A DNA stretch of 64,000 nt from Psilocybe cubensis (lineage: Eukaryota): contig CM039004.1 in NCBI GenBank assembly GCA_017499595.2, forward strand, positions 3,348,001 to 3,412,000, read 5' to 3'. The notes beneath the pieces are model-generated. The model was not told where the DNA came from, did no database searches, and worked only from the letters and a program-made list of their open reading frames with translations. The position numbers and the translations under genes are program-made. The first letter of the stretch is position 1, and each line of letters opens with the position of its first letter. Below, piece by piece: positions 37,445-51,765 of the stretch.

Positions 37445-40400
37445 AAGGTGAGCACATCTAAAACTGGTAAGAAGAAATTTTGGTTAAGTTTGGGTTTCAT
37501 CAAATGGAATTTTTTACCTCAATTTGTTGTGATTAACTCATGTGATTCAGAAATCTCCCGAATAATCACTTTTTTCCTTCCAGTGGAATATCTCAATGTC
37601 ATAATCTCTTGTGCAGTCCTCACTGTCAGATTCCGTACGACAGTCTGCATGTAGTTTGCCCATATCTACCGGATGTACCGCAAATCTGGGTGTCTTGATA
37701 CTTATCAACACGCTGTCTGCTCCCTGAGGACCGTAGGCAAGGAAGATCTTGTGTTACAGAGGATGGAATGTTTTTCTCTAACCTCCCGTGGCCCATATAT
37801 CCCTCACATTTCCCAACAAATCTCCAACCCATTTAATATTCAATAGTTGCACATGGGGAGATCGTCCTTGTCAGAAGTTGCCTTAATATCCTGACGGCTG
37901 CTAAGATTGATATGACATCTTGCTGTTGGATTAGTAGTGTTGCAACTGTTTTTCGGTTCGTTACATTGTAGCGACACAGGAATCTAAGTCCCGAACACCA
38001 ACTAATGTTCTTATACGCGGTATTCTCAGAGATCATCGAAAATTTACATGCTGTCATCCTCCAGGTAACAAACCGATTGACATGAAGGTATGCCTGAGTT
38101 CGCGGTATATGCTATACTCTAAGTCTTTGAATGAAAACCCTGACAACACTAGCCGAAGTCCTTCGCCTCTTGTCGTTTACTTCTCTCACAGTTGCATGTT
38201 CAGGGTGTAAATGGCATCATCTCCGAGTGTTCTGGCAGTGATGCCGCATCTTCGTTGCATTGCCGCGGTAGTAAATATCCTACATAGAGTCGCCTACACC
38301 TAGTTCATGCGAACATCTGCTTATTTCTATCCTCGAATTCTCAGTAGAAAACTCCAGAAGGATTCCTTAGCTGCTGTGCGTATCCAAAGAAGGTGTGAAA
38401 TCGTTCAACAATAGTACCATCTGATTGGAACTGCCGCAACCGTCGGAACTTTGGTGTAGAAGGCAGAATATTGTCCTATTGCTCTGCATAAACTTATTAA
38501 ATGCTCCACATTTCTAAAGAGTAATCATAATCTCGCATAACAAAATGCTCCTCCGTAAAAATTTAATTTTTGCATAGGGGAGAGTGGACCCACCGAGCTA
38601 CCCACGCTGACATGGGCGTTCGGACTTGTGGATAAAAATGCCCAGCGTGGGTGATTGATCCTAAGTTATGGAAGGTTGATAAGGAGCGGCAAGCGCCGTA
38701 TAGTTCAATTTGCTCTCTTCTAGTCGCATACCAGGAATTCATCCTTATATTGACATTTTTACACATCAGAAGTGTGGCCAATATTAAGATTTGGCCAATT
38801 TTAACTTTGCCTATTGTTAATGTTGGGCAGGCCATTCAGTCAAGGGTTACCTCCCTACTAATTGTAACTCGAGTCGGGACTGTCTGGGTCATCAGCCAAG
38901 TGATAGACACAGTACATCATTATCCTTGATGGATTGATCAGAAGTAAAGCATGCAAAGGTAGCTGAGTCCCGGGCGTGGATGTGTATGAGAGGCGGACAG
39001 TATTGTATAGTTCCGGTATCATGCATTGGTAACAAGTACTGAATTATACAGAATATAACCACGTCCAAAGATCCTCTACTCTTCTGGCGTCTCGCACATT
39101 AATCTGACCTTCATGGTGCTTCACCCCAAAAGAATTCCAGAACTCAGGGTAACGGCTAACAATGACCATTCGCCATTGAGAATTGAAAAATGTACAGATA
39201 TTGCATTCTAAATTATGTACCCCAATTTATTGTTAAACGTTGAGAAATATCTCTCCGTATGAAAGAATACAGACATTGGTGTTTCGGGTTTCAAGCATAG
39301 GATAGTTCTTCGTTTCATTGGAACATTCTTAGAACCCTGGGAATGTCCTATCTTGGAATAAACGCATGTGGTATCACTTGCCCTGAGAAATACACAGTTT
39401 AATTTTATTTACCCATGGTACAGTGGGAGTAATAGTATCATGTCTGATAATTAATTCTGACCTACGGCGAGTCACTTTTGGTTATGCGTCGGCACGGTCT
39501 ATCCCTGTGTATTGATAACCATCGGTTTGTGGCCACGTTTCTTTCAGCGACACCGAATCTATCAACTTGTACAGCTCATGTCAACGACACAAATCTGATA
39601 TCACAAGAACCAAAGAGTGGAAAGAAAGAAGCAGGAATTTGATTGATTATCATGTGGTTCTATCGACATATTTCTTAGAACATACATTTCATAGATCAAG
39701 TTAAAACCAGGATTGATGGAATGATCCAAACACATCAATTCATTCCAAATCGGCATATGGTGAAAATGAAGAAAGGGATGTCGACGTCATAACCAGTGTC
39801 TTCTTCTGAGTGAGGCTATGTACGTAAAACGTCCATAAATCACGTAAAATATACAATGAACTAAGCAAGTGCTAGAGAGCTTAGCAACTCAGGTCGTTAT
39901 AGGAGATAAAACGCACATGGAAAAGAATAAGGTCAATTTGTATAGATATTCCAATGACATGTGTAATTGGGCGAGGACAGCGCTCAACTCTGTGTCGCCG
40001 AGAAAAAAATTGATGCTCCTCTCAAACCTAATGCAAGCTTCCCCTTACCCGTCGAACTGATAAACAAAAATAGCACGCACTGGCAATTCAAATCGAAACA
40101 TACGGATGATGATTACGAACCGCGAATCATGATTGATGAGCTTGGGTCAACATCTGCAGAAAATGAGATCATCATTGATGGAGTACGATTCAAACAAGGT
40201 CTTTTTTTAGTGCCTGAGTTGAGTTTGGTTAAGTTAAGAGCATGTATATCTTAGTGTTTATACACCCATTTAAGGTACTGCTGTTGTCTTTCGACAGGTA
40301 CTGTGGTACTGATATTTGACTCCCCGATGTATATCAACCTGGGCCTTTCAATGGACACTGGTTTGGTGATGTCCCAAAATCTTCTAGATATCCATGCTAA

Positions 40401-42549
40401 TGACCTTGAGCAGTGCAGCACAGATGATAAACTGATTGACTATGACTGACATCAGTGTCTTTGCTGGTACTGTGTTTTAATAAAAGGTGTCAGACTGTTC
40501 CAAGAATAAAATAGGTGGGAGGATATGAACTCACGTACATATGTACGCGGAGGTTGCAATCCGGAGTGCGTGTACACAGAAACAGTTGACCGTATGGACT
40601 AGCTCATAATAAATCAATCTGCTGAGGTGACTTCACTTGCTACCATGTAAAAGCAAAGCATGGATAAGAAATGGTGTGAACATAGCTCGGGGAATCATTG
40701 ATCATATGCCGCATATTGCCTCCGTCAGTGACATTGGTACCTAGTATGGGATGTTCGGGTCAAACAGCGGATCGCATGCAATAATAAATGTGAGTGCGAT
40801 TCTCTCGATCCGTCTGACCCATGATCCAGAAAGAAGAGAAGAACAAACTGATACTGATGCCGAGGTCGGAGTCTAATTAATCCACAAATAACTCACGTAG
40901 AAGAACACCTAGAAGCCCGTACTATCTCTGCAAGGAGAAATAACGGAGACTGAACATGTTCTTTCTGTCTGCTAGTAAACAGACATGCATTGCGCTAGTA
41001 TACTTCATGTATAGTATGTAAGGTCGATGCCGGTGAAAAAGTGTCAGACGACCATGCATTTGCAAGAGCTTACTTATAAACCAGCGCCCATGCAATCCGA
41101 GAATCAAGGAAAATAGAATCCATATTCGTAAAAAAGGTAGCGCATAACGACACGAAAAAAGACTGTGGGAGTACAGGCGCCAGTGGCCAGTCGGGTCTGT
41201 CAAAAGATACTAAGGTTCCGGAAAGGTAGTCCGTCAATTGTGCTGTATTTGCCTTTCTAAGAACTTAAAATTGAGAGCTTTGAGAAAGAGAAGCTTTAAA
41301 GAAAGGAAAAGTGCTGAATCTATTCGGGCATCCTGGTGTGTTGACTTCACTCGATGAGAACGACAGCAAGAGGCAAATGGTAACCGGCTCAACCGGCCCA
41401 CCACCGGCGACCACGGGCCCCAGCGGCCAGCCCAGCTACGCGCGAGCTAAAAATAGGCACACATCGGTTGCAATGCTTTGCAATGCGATGCCACGAAAAT
41501 AAGGAAAAATCCACGCAGCCTAGATCATATAGAGTCAGGATATGCGTCAATAAGATAGATACGCAAAACAACATGATAATACGATTACTAGCTCAGATTT
41601 CAACTAATGCTTGTATTGGGTGATGCCCGACGGCTTGAAGTATAGTATCCGAACAAGCGATAGGCGCCAATTCGCTTGGATTGATTGAAGATCCTGCGAT
41701 GTCCGGATGAGCAAAAGATCCAATAAAATTCCCATAGTGTGGCTTCTTATACATAAAGTTCTAGGGCAATGTAGTCCTGCCCATATTGGTTTCGCAAAAA
41801 AATAAACGTTTGGTACACACATACACTGTGGAACTTTCTTCTGGAAGGAAATAACAAGGTTTCGGTGTTTGAAAGCTCATCCGAGATGTTCGAAAATTGC
41901 GACGCGCGTATAGTTGAGTTATGTCAACATAGAAAACACGAGGCGTGAGTCATATTCATGGAAGTGTCAACTCATCGGTATCTGAAGTCTCTGAGAAATG
42001 CGATAAGCAGACCTGGCAGAGAGTCTGAATCGAGTTGAGGAGAGAGGTGTGTGTGCTAACGGCTACAGGCGCGTTAGCACCAAAACGGTTAAATGCTGTA
42101 CGTTGCTGCGCGTAGCATACGGGGTAAAGTGGATTATTCATGGGATGACAGGACTGATGCCTGCGAGTCTGATATGATTCGAATTCGGGATGCCAATCCT
42201 CAATCAGATAGGTAATTTGATGTGCTATGTGGCGCAACACATCGCGGGGAGAATATTGGTTTTTGTCGAGAGTATGAGGGACAACCACTTGTATTAGGTA
42301 CGCAAAAGGTAGAAATGGCTAGCAGACAGGGCCAGTTTCATTTAACTTCTACTCCATTTCTGTGAAATTTGAATGGAAGGATATAAATCCTCAAGTTTGT
42401 GTATGTCATTTATGATACATAACTGCATGATGGGATGATGGGGTGATTGAAGTAACGTACATGTGTATCAAGAAATATACACACTCTAAAATCAATGTAC
42501 CTACGTAGGCACGTAGGCAGGGTGGGTTCTGCGGCCTTTCAACGTTCTT

Positions 42550-43329
42550 AGATTGGCACAACGTTAAGCAGGTGAGCTGAACGCTTTGTGTATTTGCGTA
42601 GCGCGAGCCAGCTCGTGAAGCTCCGCCCAGCACAGTGGCTCGGAGAGAGATGATCTGTTTCTCCGAGGATGCTGGCCGTGCCACAGCGCACCTCGGACGG
42701 CGGGTAGCCGTTCTCCTGTCTCTGCAGTAATATAATAGTAGGTACAGCTGGGGGATAACACGGCCGTGCGAGGGGTAAATTCGAAGTTCGGAGACTTCGT
42801 CGGACAGCCGGTGCGGATGAGTTGCAAATATGCAAATGTACGTACGTACGTACACGGGCGTGTGTAGTGTGGGGGACTGATCGAGGGGCTCGGGGGAAGA
42901 GAGAACAAGGTATGTGTACACGAAGGAAAGAAACACCGCGACGGATCTTTCTCGCCATGTGGCATTGAGGGGCTTTAAGGTTGCGTTGTACATATTGGCT
43001 CATCTTTTTTTTTCTTTGGCTTGTGGGAGAGTGGGAGAGTGGGAGAACTGTTGTGTGGGAGGGTGTATCATCCCTTATCGGTGAATTGGTTGGATGGCGG
43101 AGTAACGTCACAGTTTGTACGTTTTGCAATGGGTGTTGTGGTCTGGGCCCTCCCCGAGTGTTTGGTGTCTACTTTCAATTGGATTCAATGGGCACACATA
43201 GGGGACGTCGCTGGGAAAAAGGACGGAAGCGTAGTGGAGTGACGTCTTGAATGTACCTAAGAGACGAGCGGATTGAGGAGGTGGCGGGTCTATAGTCTCG
43301 TTTTCGAGTTCCGGAGGGAAATAAGGCAT
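42550..43329 (-). pseudogene. Possible decayed F-box-like gene
   Basis: It starts MPYFPPELENETID, resembling the agaric F-box-like N-terminus P.(L/F)PPEL..EIID. Only fragmented frames follow. Confidence 0.3.
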
Positions 43330-46300
43330 AACAAGGGAACGAGGGCACGGCGTCATAGCACATCTGATGGTAAGCGTGTTATAATCCCACGGACAGGCTA
43401 TTTTCAATCACTGAACAGACAACTTGGTAGGGTAATAGAATGAGAGCGAGAATACGTCATCCCAAGACAGGAAATGTTGTAACGTAGTACACAACTGATG
43501 GTAAAGTTATGAAAATTCGACGTCATGGAGTTTTCATTCAAATGTATATTGAACAATTCAAACGTAGATCGTGTCAGTGAGAGTGTGTCTCTCCGTCTGT
43601 CCACCCGACACTCGTGGATGTGGCTGCATTTTTGCTGTCTGGATCAAAGGACTCGTTGCGCATGACAATGGACTATGTTCATACATCATTCTCATTCACA
43701 AAAGCCCACACCATTCCAGCTGCATATTGCATTTTTCAAGCGCCAGCAGGATGGGTGTCCAGGTACAACGAGTGCATTGTAATATCACAACTACACGCAC
43801 ACACACACACGTAGTTTACTCTGTCGTCCGAGTCCGAGTCCGAGTCGGATCGGAATCCTGCACGCTGTAGCGCTGAATCGAACTGACACTGACGTCGCTT
43901 TGCGTTTCTTCCATTGAGGTGAGGAGAGGGGGGGCTTTTGAATGCAATTATTCAATTCAAAATTCGACCACGAATGTTTCATGCTGTTGACCCAGTTCGA
44001 ATTGAACCTGTTCAGCAATTATCGGAGCATGTTAGGTATTTTCATATGAATAGTATCATTTAACTGACATCGGAGGGTTTCATCTGACTATCGACTGTTC
44101 ACAATTCAGACTTATCGGAGTCCGTGAGCCAGCTTTCAATTCATCGCTTTCGTTTCCTTGTCGAATTGTTGTAATTCAACTGGCGCTTAGAAACTAACGA
44201 ATGATATTTGATACTCACCTCCCTACAATTAATTCAAGGGACGTGTTAATCCGAGTCTTATCCGACCCGCGATGCGTTTGGGAGCGCCCAGGTCCCATTG
44301 ATTGACGTTTGTTGCATGACGCTTAACGCAATCTATTGTGATGTTTGCCAATTTGATTTTTTGGTGGGGTATGTATGACACTGCACTGAATCATACCTGT
44401 GACTCGCTCCGATGCTCGGAGCGTGGATCAGTTATCACAGTACGATTGTGATTGTGATTATGATTATGATTGTGATTGTGATTGTGAGGTGTACAAGAGG
44501 ATATTATAGCGCGTATATCCGTGGTTCTTTATTGTGATGTTTGACAATTTGAATTGCATTGGCGTATACGAGAATAATGAGATTTCCAGTGGATCATTCA
44601 GACTCGACTCATTCCTGACATTCCCTCCGAGGATCGGAGCGTCAATCAATTATCAATTTTATAAACTTTGTACGCGAGGACAAACTAGACAGGGTTCAGG
44701 GATATAGACTCCGTATGTCCGTGGTTAATTAAGCGCTGGTGGAGGGCTATTTGAATTTCACATTTGAAATTGAAGTTAAAGTTGCCTCCGCGTGCTGTGA
44801 ATCGGGAATCGGAACTGGGGAGTGGGGAAGTGGTATGTGTGTTGGAGCAGATTGTGGAGTTAATTGTGTGTGGTGTAGTGTAGTCGGGTGGGATGTGGTG
44901 CAGTGGGTTGGGGTAGTAATGGATTCATTAACGAATAGCGATTTTCATTGAATTATCTTTACCACTGATACCAATAAATTGATCCATGTATTGATTTCTT
45001 GACCCTGATCCTTTTTTTTTAACTTTCGTTTAGTGGATATTCATCTCAAACGCGTCATTTAATATTTAATGTAATAGTTGGATTAATTTCTGCATGGGAT
45101 TGTGGTGTTGTATGATGTGTGATGGTATGATGGACAACTCTAGTGGTCCGTTTGATCCATTGACATGGTATCATTGATATTGGTGATTTAATCGCTGTGG
45201 TACACCCGACCCGCCCAGCGACCCGCGTCCCGGGGAGCCGTCATAGCTGTAGACTATAAACCCTGAGCTTTTCGTTGACTCACTTAATCCTATAAAATCG
45301 TGTATTGTCAGTGTGACTGCGCGACATACGCGCGATTTATAGTATACGTAACCGTAACCGTAACTGACGTTGATAATATCCCAACTAACCGAAAATGTAC
45401 AACGCGTTCCCGCGAACGTTGTGTTGTGTTGTGATTACCATCCGGCGCCCAACATGAAAAAAAAAATTATGGTGTATATTTAAATTTAATTTAATTTAAT
45501 TTAATCCGAGTGGGAATTTTGTGTATTTTTTGGGGGTTTTGCTTGGTGCGCTGTGGTTGTGGTTGTAGTGGGTGGATGTTGGATTTGGTGGAGGAGATGA
45601 GTACCGCTGTGGCCCTGTACCCCTGGTTATCCATATAGCTTAGAGTCTAGACTATAGGTGGATTCGGATTCGGTGCGGAGTTCCGCTTCCACTCCCACTT
45701 CCTCTTGTGAATTGTTGGAGCTGGATTGTCAGCGCGTACCAATATCCAGGATCTATAGTTTCATCTCATCGCTTTGACCGGACCATCTCTAATTTCTACT
45801 GCATTTTATATGTATTTTTTTCGGGCGGTTCTAGACTCGAGATGTGATTTGTAGTGGAGTTGATTATTGATATTGACAGTACTAATGGGACGCGCAGCGC
45901 GATTTGTCGATTGGCTCGTAAAATTGTACGTTCGTCCGACGATCAGATAAGCTGAGGTTCGTTCTCATACTTTCCGTCGTTCTCTAAATTTTTACATGTG
46001 AGAATCAAAGCAATGTGAAATCTATCATGTGATCGTCCGATTTATTGGAAGCGCTTATATGCGAGTGCATTTCTGGGCGGATTAAATTTCTACAATCAAG
46101 AAGCGCCGGTGGACTGGGTTGAGAATTGTGAGTGGACGGTGACTTATTGTGCGAGGGTGTCGGGTGGGCGTGGGATTAGCTAGAATTGGTTGGGGTCGGC
46201 TTGGGATTGGTTGGTGTTGGTAGGGTTCGGGTGTAGCTTGTAAGCGCCGGGGAGGTGGAACGTGAGATATGGGAGTGAGAGTGGGTGTAGATGGAAATGT

Positions 46301-46370
46301 ATGAAATGGATATTGTGAGAATTCGTGATTGGCTTCTCGCGTCTTGTCTGGTCTTGTTTTTTTTTTGTTG

Positions 46371-46408
<38 letters not shown>

Positions 46409-46521
46409 GGTGGTGGTGGTGGTGGTGGTGGTGGGACTCGGGAGAGGGATGATACGCTAGGTGTTAGGTACATCTTCTAGCCTTTCTTTCTCCACGTTCT
46501 AGTTCTAGTTCTAGTCCTATG

Positions 46522-46563
46522 TACAACATTGACAATACAACATTGACAATACAACATTGACAA
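46522..46563. repeat. 14-bp tandem repeat TACAACATTGACAA x3
   Basis: Visible directly. Confidence 0.9.
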
Positions 46564-49500
46564 TAAAAAAAACACACACGAACTTGTCACCCGCCATCTT
46601 CCAGTTCTTCTCTCATACAATTTAACTTCTCGGTTTGTCTTTACCTTTGTCTGTTCTTGTATCTAGGAAAGGAAATTTCAAAACTCAAAACCGTATGATG
46701 TGGTGCAAGGAAGGAAGGAAGGATGGATGGTGACGTGATATGACATCTAAAATGAAATGATTCGGGAAGGTTTGTGATGATTTTGTTGGCTGTTGTCGTT
46801 GTTCTTTTTGTTGGTGTTCTCTTTGATGATGATGATGATTTCGCCGTTGATGTTGTATGCTTCCACCATCCCACTATCCCACTATCCCACGATTCAATGA
46901 TTCAATGATTTTATGATTTCATGATTCCATGATCCTAAAAGTGATGTTGAGAACGAAGGAGGGGTTCAAATGTAATCTAAGCACCTACCTTACCTTGTAA
47001 ACTTGTAACATTGTACCCTTTGCCAATCTGTAATTCTTTGAACTTACTTGTTTGATACTTCAATTGTCATTGTCATTATCATTGTCATTTTAATTGTTGA
47101 CGAGTACCAGCGTTCAATGAGCAAGTGAGCAAGTGAGCAAGTGAGCAAGTGAGCTGAGCTGAGCTGAGCTGAGGTGAGGTGAGGTGAGGTGAGGTGAAGG
47201 GGACTGGAGATACCATTTCGTTATCGCTGAGTGGTGTACTATCACAATCTTTGCAGTATCTACGACTGGATTACTACTATCAAAGACAGGATGTACAGTC
47301 GGATATCATCGTCGCTTAGCCACTCCACGCGAACGAACATTGACAGGAACAGGAACAGGAACAGGAACAGGCCTAGAAAAATCCGAGAAAATCAGAGAAA
47401 ATCAGGTAACATACGTCTGAGAGTGAGTGTGTATAAGCGCTGCGAATCAACGCGGAAATCAATGAAGAAATTAGCGCAGAAACTAAGGTGTAAATCGTCA
47501 TCGTGATCATGATCGTAGTCTTCTGAATCGTCGTCGTCGTCGTCGTCGGAGTGGAGGCCATGCAATGATTGGGATTGGCGCTGGGGGCGCTGGATGGTGA
47601 GCTCGGGGTGGATTAGTAGACGCTGATTGTGATTGTGATTGTAAATTTTTTAAATTTTTTATCATGTTCAGAGGAGGGGGAGGAATCGTTTTTGAATATT
47701 GACACGAACACGAACACGAACACGGGAATGAGAATGAGAATGAGGATGCGGATGAGGATGCGAATGAATGGAGATAATCATATCGTAGAAACGGCACACT
47801 GGCACCAACAGAGTCAGAAAAAAAAACAAAGAAGACATAAAGGTAGAAACGGACAAAGAGAGCGTGACGGTGGTATTCGGTATTCCATCTCGAGGGAGGA
47901 CGGTGATTCACAATGCACATTTCCCAGCTCACAGTTCACAGTTCACAATCCACAGTTCACAATTCACAATTCACATTTCCCAGCCCGCAATTATCACAGA
48001 AACAGATCGTCGTCGTGAAGCCCACGCGAGGATCATCGTTAGCTAGTAGCTCGTTAGCGCTGGGTGGCGACCTCGGAGTGGAGCTGTGGGTAGATAGGTG
48101 TGGCGTTTATGACGATTTTCTGATGTGTGATTGTGTGATTGTAGTTGAGAATGTCGATGAGGCACGCGATGGATGGAAGGGTAGAAAGGTAGAGAAAAGG
48201 GAGAAAGGGAGGGTAAGGCAAGGTGTGTGTTGATGATGATTTTTGATAACTGATACTTGATTTTTGATTTTTGATTTCTGCCTCATTTTGGATACTGAAG
48301 AACTGATAGCTGATACCTCAAGCTTGCGAACTGATACTTGAGAAGTGATACGTGATGATCATACAGCTCAAAGTTGAAAAACGTGGATTGGGATTTGCGT
48401 GCGGTGCTACTGACAACAGTTACAGTGTCTATTCCAGCGTCGTTGTCACTGGCCGCTGCTCAAAGGATTTCACTCACACGACGACAAAAAGCAAAGTTTC
48501 ATCATGCGTGGTTGGATGGATGGGTGGATGGACGTATAGTACAGGTCGGGATGGGTTGTTTATGGGTTGTTGATAGATCGTTCCCGAGTGCTCAGAACGG
48601 CAAGTGCAGGCGCACACAAATTGGATGCGTGACACCAACCTCGTACTCATACTCATACTCAGCGCGAGAACACGAATAATTAACCTGGGAGGAAAAGTGT
48701 CACTCAGGCTATATCAAGATAGCACATGTATATAGTAACCCAAATATTAATATACACCTCGTACGTACAATGGTACATACGTACATGGACCGGATCTGAG
48801 ATCGTGGATTGGTACTTATCAGGATCATGGATCAGGATCAGGATCAGGATCAGGATCAGGGGCGTATGAGGATGCCTTTTTGGGAGGTGAGGTGATAGGT
48901 GCAAGTGCAAGTGCAACCGCCGACGTCGACGTCGACGTCGTTTGGTTTGAGCGGGTGTAATGTAAATGCAAACCAAGTGGCGAGGTGGGTTGAACCGCAC
49001 AGCACAGCACAGGGGGGCGGCGAGGAGATTCAAGAGGAAAGAGGAGCGAGAAAAAAAGAAGGTTCGGGAAGGGATGGAAATAGAGCAATCCAGATCCGAG
49101 GTGGACTCGGAGGAGTTTGTCAGCGCATCGCGGAGATGTAGCGGCGCGCGGGTCGGCATGCGGCCGGGGAGAGTCGGAGCCTGAAAAGGGCAGCGTAAAA
49201 AAAAATGGGGTGATCTGGGTGTGTTGTGTTTGTGCCCCATCACCCATCACATCAACACCCCCCTGCGAGAGCGAGCCAGGCAGCACGGTTCACCTGGTTG
49301 ATTGTATCAAAAAAATTGTCGACCCGCTATAGACTCAGAGATCGCGACTATGGCCTTGTTTAGCGGGTGAGCACCAGGCTTAAATACGGATGAGTGAGTG
49401 ATTGTTGACCGCATCACTCCAGCGACTCGTCAAAGGAGGATCATCACCGGCCAGACGCCGTCATCGACCCAGCTCTGCGTTCTGTCCGTCTCGTCTCGTC

Positions 49501-49626
49501 TCATTTCTTTTCAATCACCACTGATCTTTTGTGTAGCTCGCATCAAGTCCGGCGCCTGATAAGAAGCAGCAGCAGCAGCAGCAAGACAGCCCGGCTGACA
49601 GCCATCATCAACAGACCCAGCAGTCC

Positions 49627-51765
49627 ATGCCGCATCGCGTCGACCAGCACTCCTTCCAGATGGCCTCTTCCCCGTTCGTCCTCTCTCCTCCTCCTCTCTA
49701 TTCTACCCCTCTTAACTCTTTTCTCGCATACGACAGACGCACAAGGCACTTTGACGCCAATGGCAACCACCGCGTCGGCTCGCCCCCGCCGCCCATCGCG
49801 ACCATGTCCACATCCACATCCACATCCACCGACCCACACTCTCACTCACCCAGCCCCTCTCTTTCTGTATCCATCGACCGTTCCTCCAACTCGACGCCGC
49901 ACATCCGCCGTTCGCCCCCAAGCCACCAGGCATACGCCAACACGAGTGCCAATCCGACGTATGACGGCGTGATGCCATCCCAATCGCAATCAGGCGGGCG
50001 TCACGCGAGCGGTGGCAGCTCAAACGCGAACGGCAGTAACGGTAATAATAGCTCCAACGCGCACAGCAACGTCAACGCCAGCAATGGCACCGGCACTGGC
50101 ACTGGCAGACAGGATTCCGCCCAGCCGGTGCAGCATCCTGGGTATATCTACTCCCCCAGCACATCCTTTGATCAGCACCCGCGGTACGATCCGCACCACC
50201 ACCAGCAACACCACTACGCCGTCCCGCCCCCGCCGCCCTTCGGCCACCCGCACGCATACGCTTTGCACCCCATCCACCACACCCACCCGCTCCAACCCGC
50301 CCCTGTCGGCGCTGGCCCCGGAACGACGCATCACCCGCACCACGCCGTGCAGCACCACGCACACGCACACCCGCACGCGCACCACGCACCGCATCATCAG
50401 GCGCTGCCGCATCATCAAGCTATGGGATCTGACTATGTTGGGCGCGGAGCGTATCCGTCTGGGATGATGCCTGGTGCGCCGCATGGGCATGTCGGGCCGC
50501 ATAATGGACATGGCCATGGGCATGGACATCATCCGCAGGGAGGCCAGCCTGTTACTATTGTGCATACCGACGACGCAGCGACAAAGTTGACGGATGGGAT
50601 TCGGAGGAGGTGTTTTAATTGCTGCACGACCGACACGTCAACATGGCGCAGGTCGAATTTGAGTCCTGGCAAAGTGGTATGTTCCCACTCCTTTTTTTTT
50701 TCTTTCACGTTTCTTCTATAAACCGTATATTCTATTTAGCTCTGTAACAAGTGCGGTCTATTCGAACGCACACACTCGCGTCCGCGCCCTGACCAATTCC
50801 CACATAAGCGCGGCCCGCTCGCGGGGTCCACGCTGGGCGCTGCATCGGGCGTCGGCCCGCCTCTCCCTTCATCCTCCTCTTCTACATCCACCACTTCTTC
50901 GGGGGTGGGTGTGGGGAGACGAACGCCGCCCGGTGCGAACCAGCTGCCTCCTATTAATTCTAGTTCTGGTGTAGTGGGCGGGGTGGGTGTGGGAGGGACG
51001 GGGGTGCAGGGAGGAGGAGCGGGGTATCAGTATAGTCATCAGAGTATACCGCCTTTGGGCGGGGAGTATGCGCAGCAGAATCAGGGAGGTGCGCAGGGGC
51101 AGGGCGGGGCGCAGGGACAGGGGCAGGGTGGAGCACAGACGTTGCCTGGTCTTGGAGCGTGGCATGGTGCTGGTGCTGGTGCTGGTGCTTCTTCTGGTAC
51201 CACTGCCAACGGCAACGGCAACGGCAACGGCGTCGAAAGCAATGCAAATGGAAATGGAAATGGCAATGGTGCAGGAGAAGGAGGAGGAGGAGGAGAAGCG
51301 CATTCGCATCCTTCGTCTGCGACGGGTACGCCCCTGTTGGGGTCTAGGAGGTCCACGATGGATTATACACACGGGCACGGGCATGGGCATGGACATAGTG
51401 GGCATGGACATAGTCCGCGGATGTCCCCGCGCGAGCGGGAGAGGGAACGCGAGAGGGAGCGCGACCGCGATCGCGAGAGGGAGAGGGAAAGAGATAGGGA
51501 TAGGGAGCGAGATAGGGGGGACAGAGATAGAGGTGATAGGGACAGAGACAGAGAGAGGGGGGACAGGGGGGAGAGGGAGAGGGAGTTTCACGATTTATCG
51601 TCGAATGCGGCTGATAAGTTGCGAAGTGGGATTTCGTCGCCTTTGAATGGTGTTGGTGTGTTGCAACAACAGCAGGGGCAGCAACAACAACAACAACAGC
51701 AGGTAGGAGCAGGAGTAGGAGGAGGAGGGGGGGAGGGAGAGGGCGGGAGGACGACGCCTGCATAG
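49627..51765 (+). CDS. GATA-type zinc-finger transcription factor, ~691 aa, with His/Gly/Gln-rich regions and RE/RD repeats
   Basis: Exons 49627-50676 and 50740-51765 (GTATGT...TTTAG, phase 0). The spliced finger is RRRCFNCCTTDTSTWRRSNLSPGKV|LCNKCGLFERTHSRPRP. An alternative start at 49660 is possible. Confidence 0.92.

Larger units (their letters stand above)
34730..37445 (+). repeat. Segmental duplication copy B (direct repeat of 13290-16320)
   Basis: Colinear matches to copy A, as listed for that feature. Confidence 0.92.
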
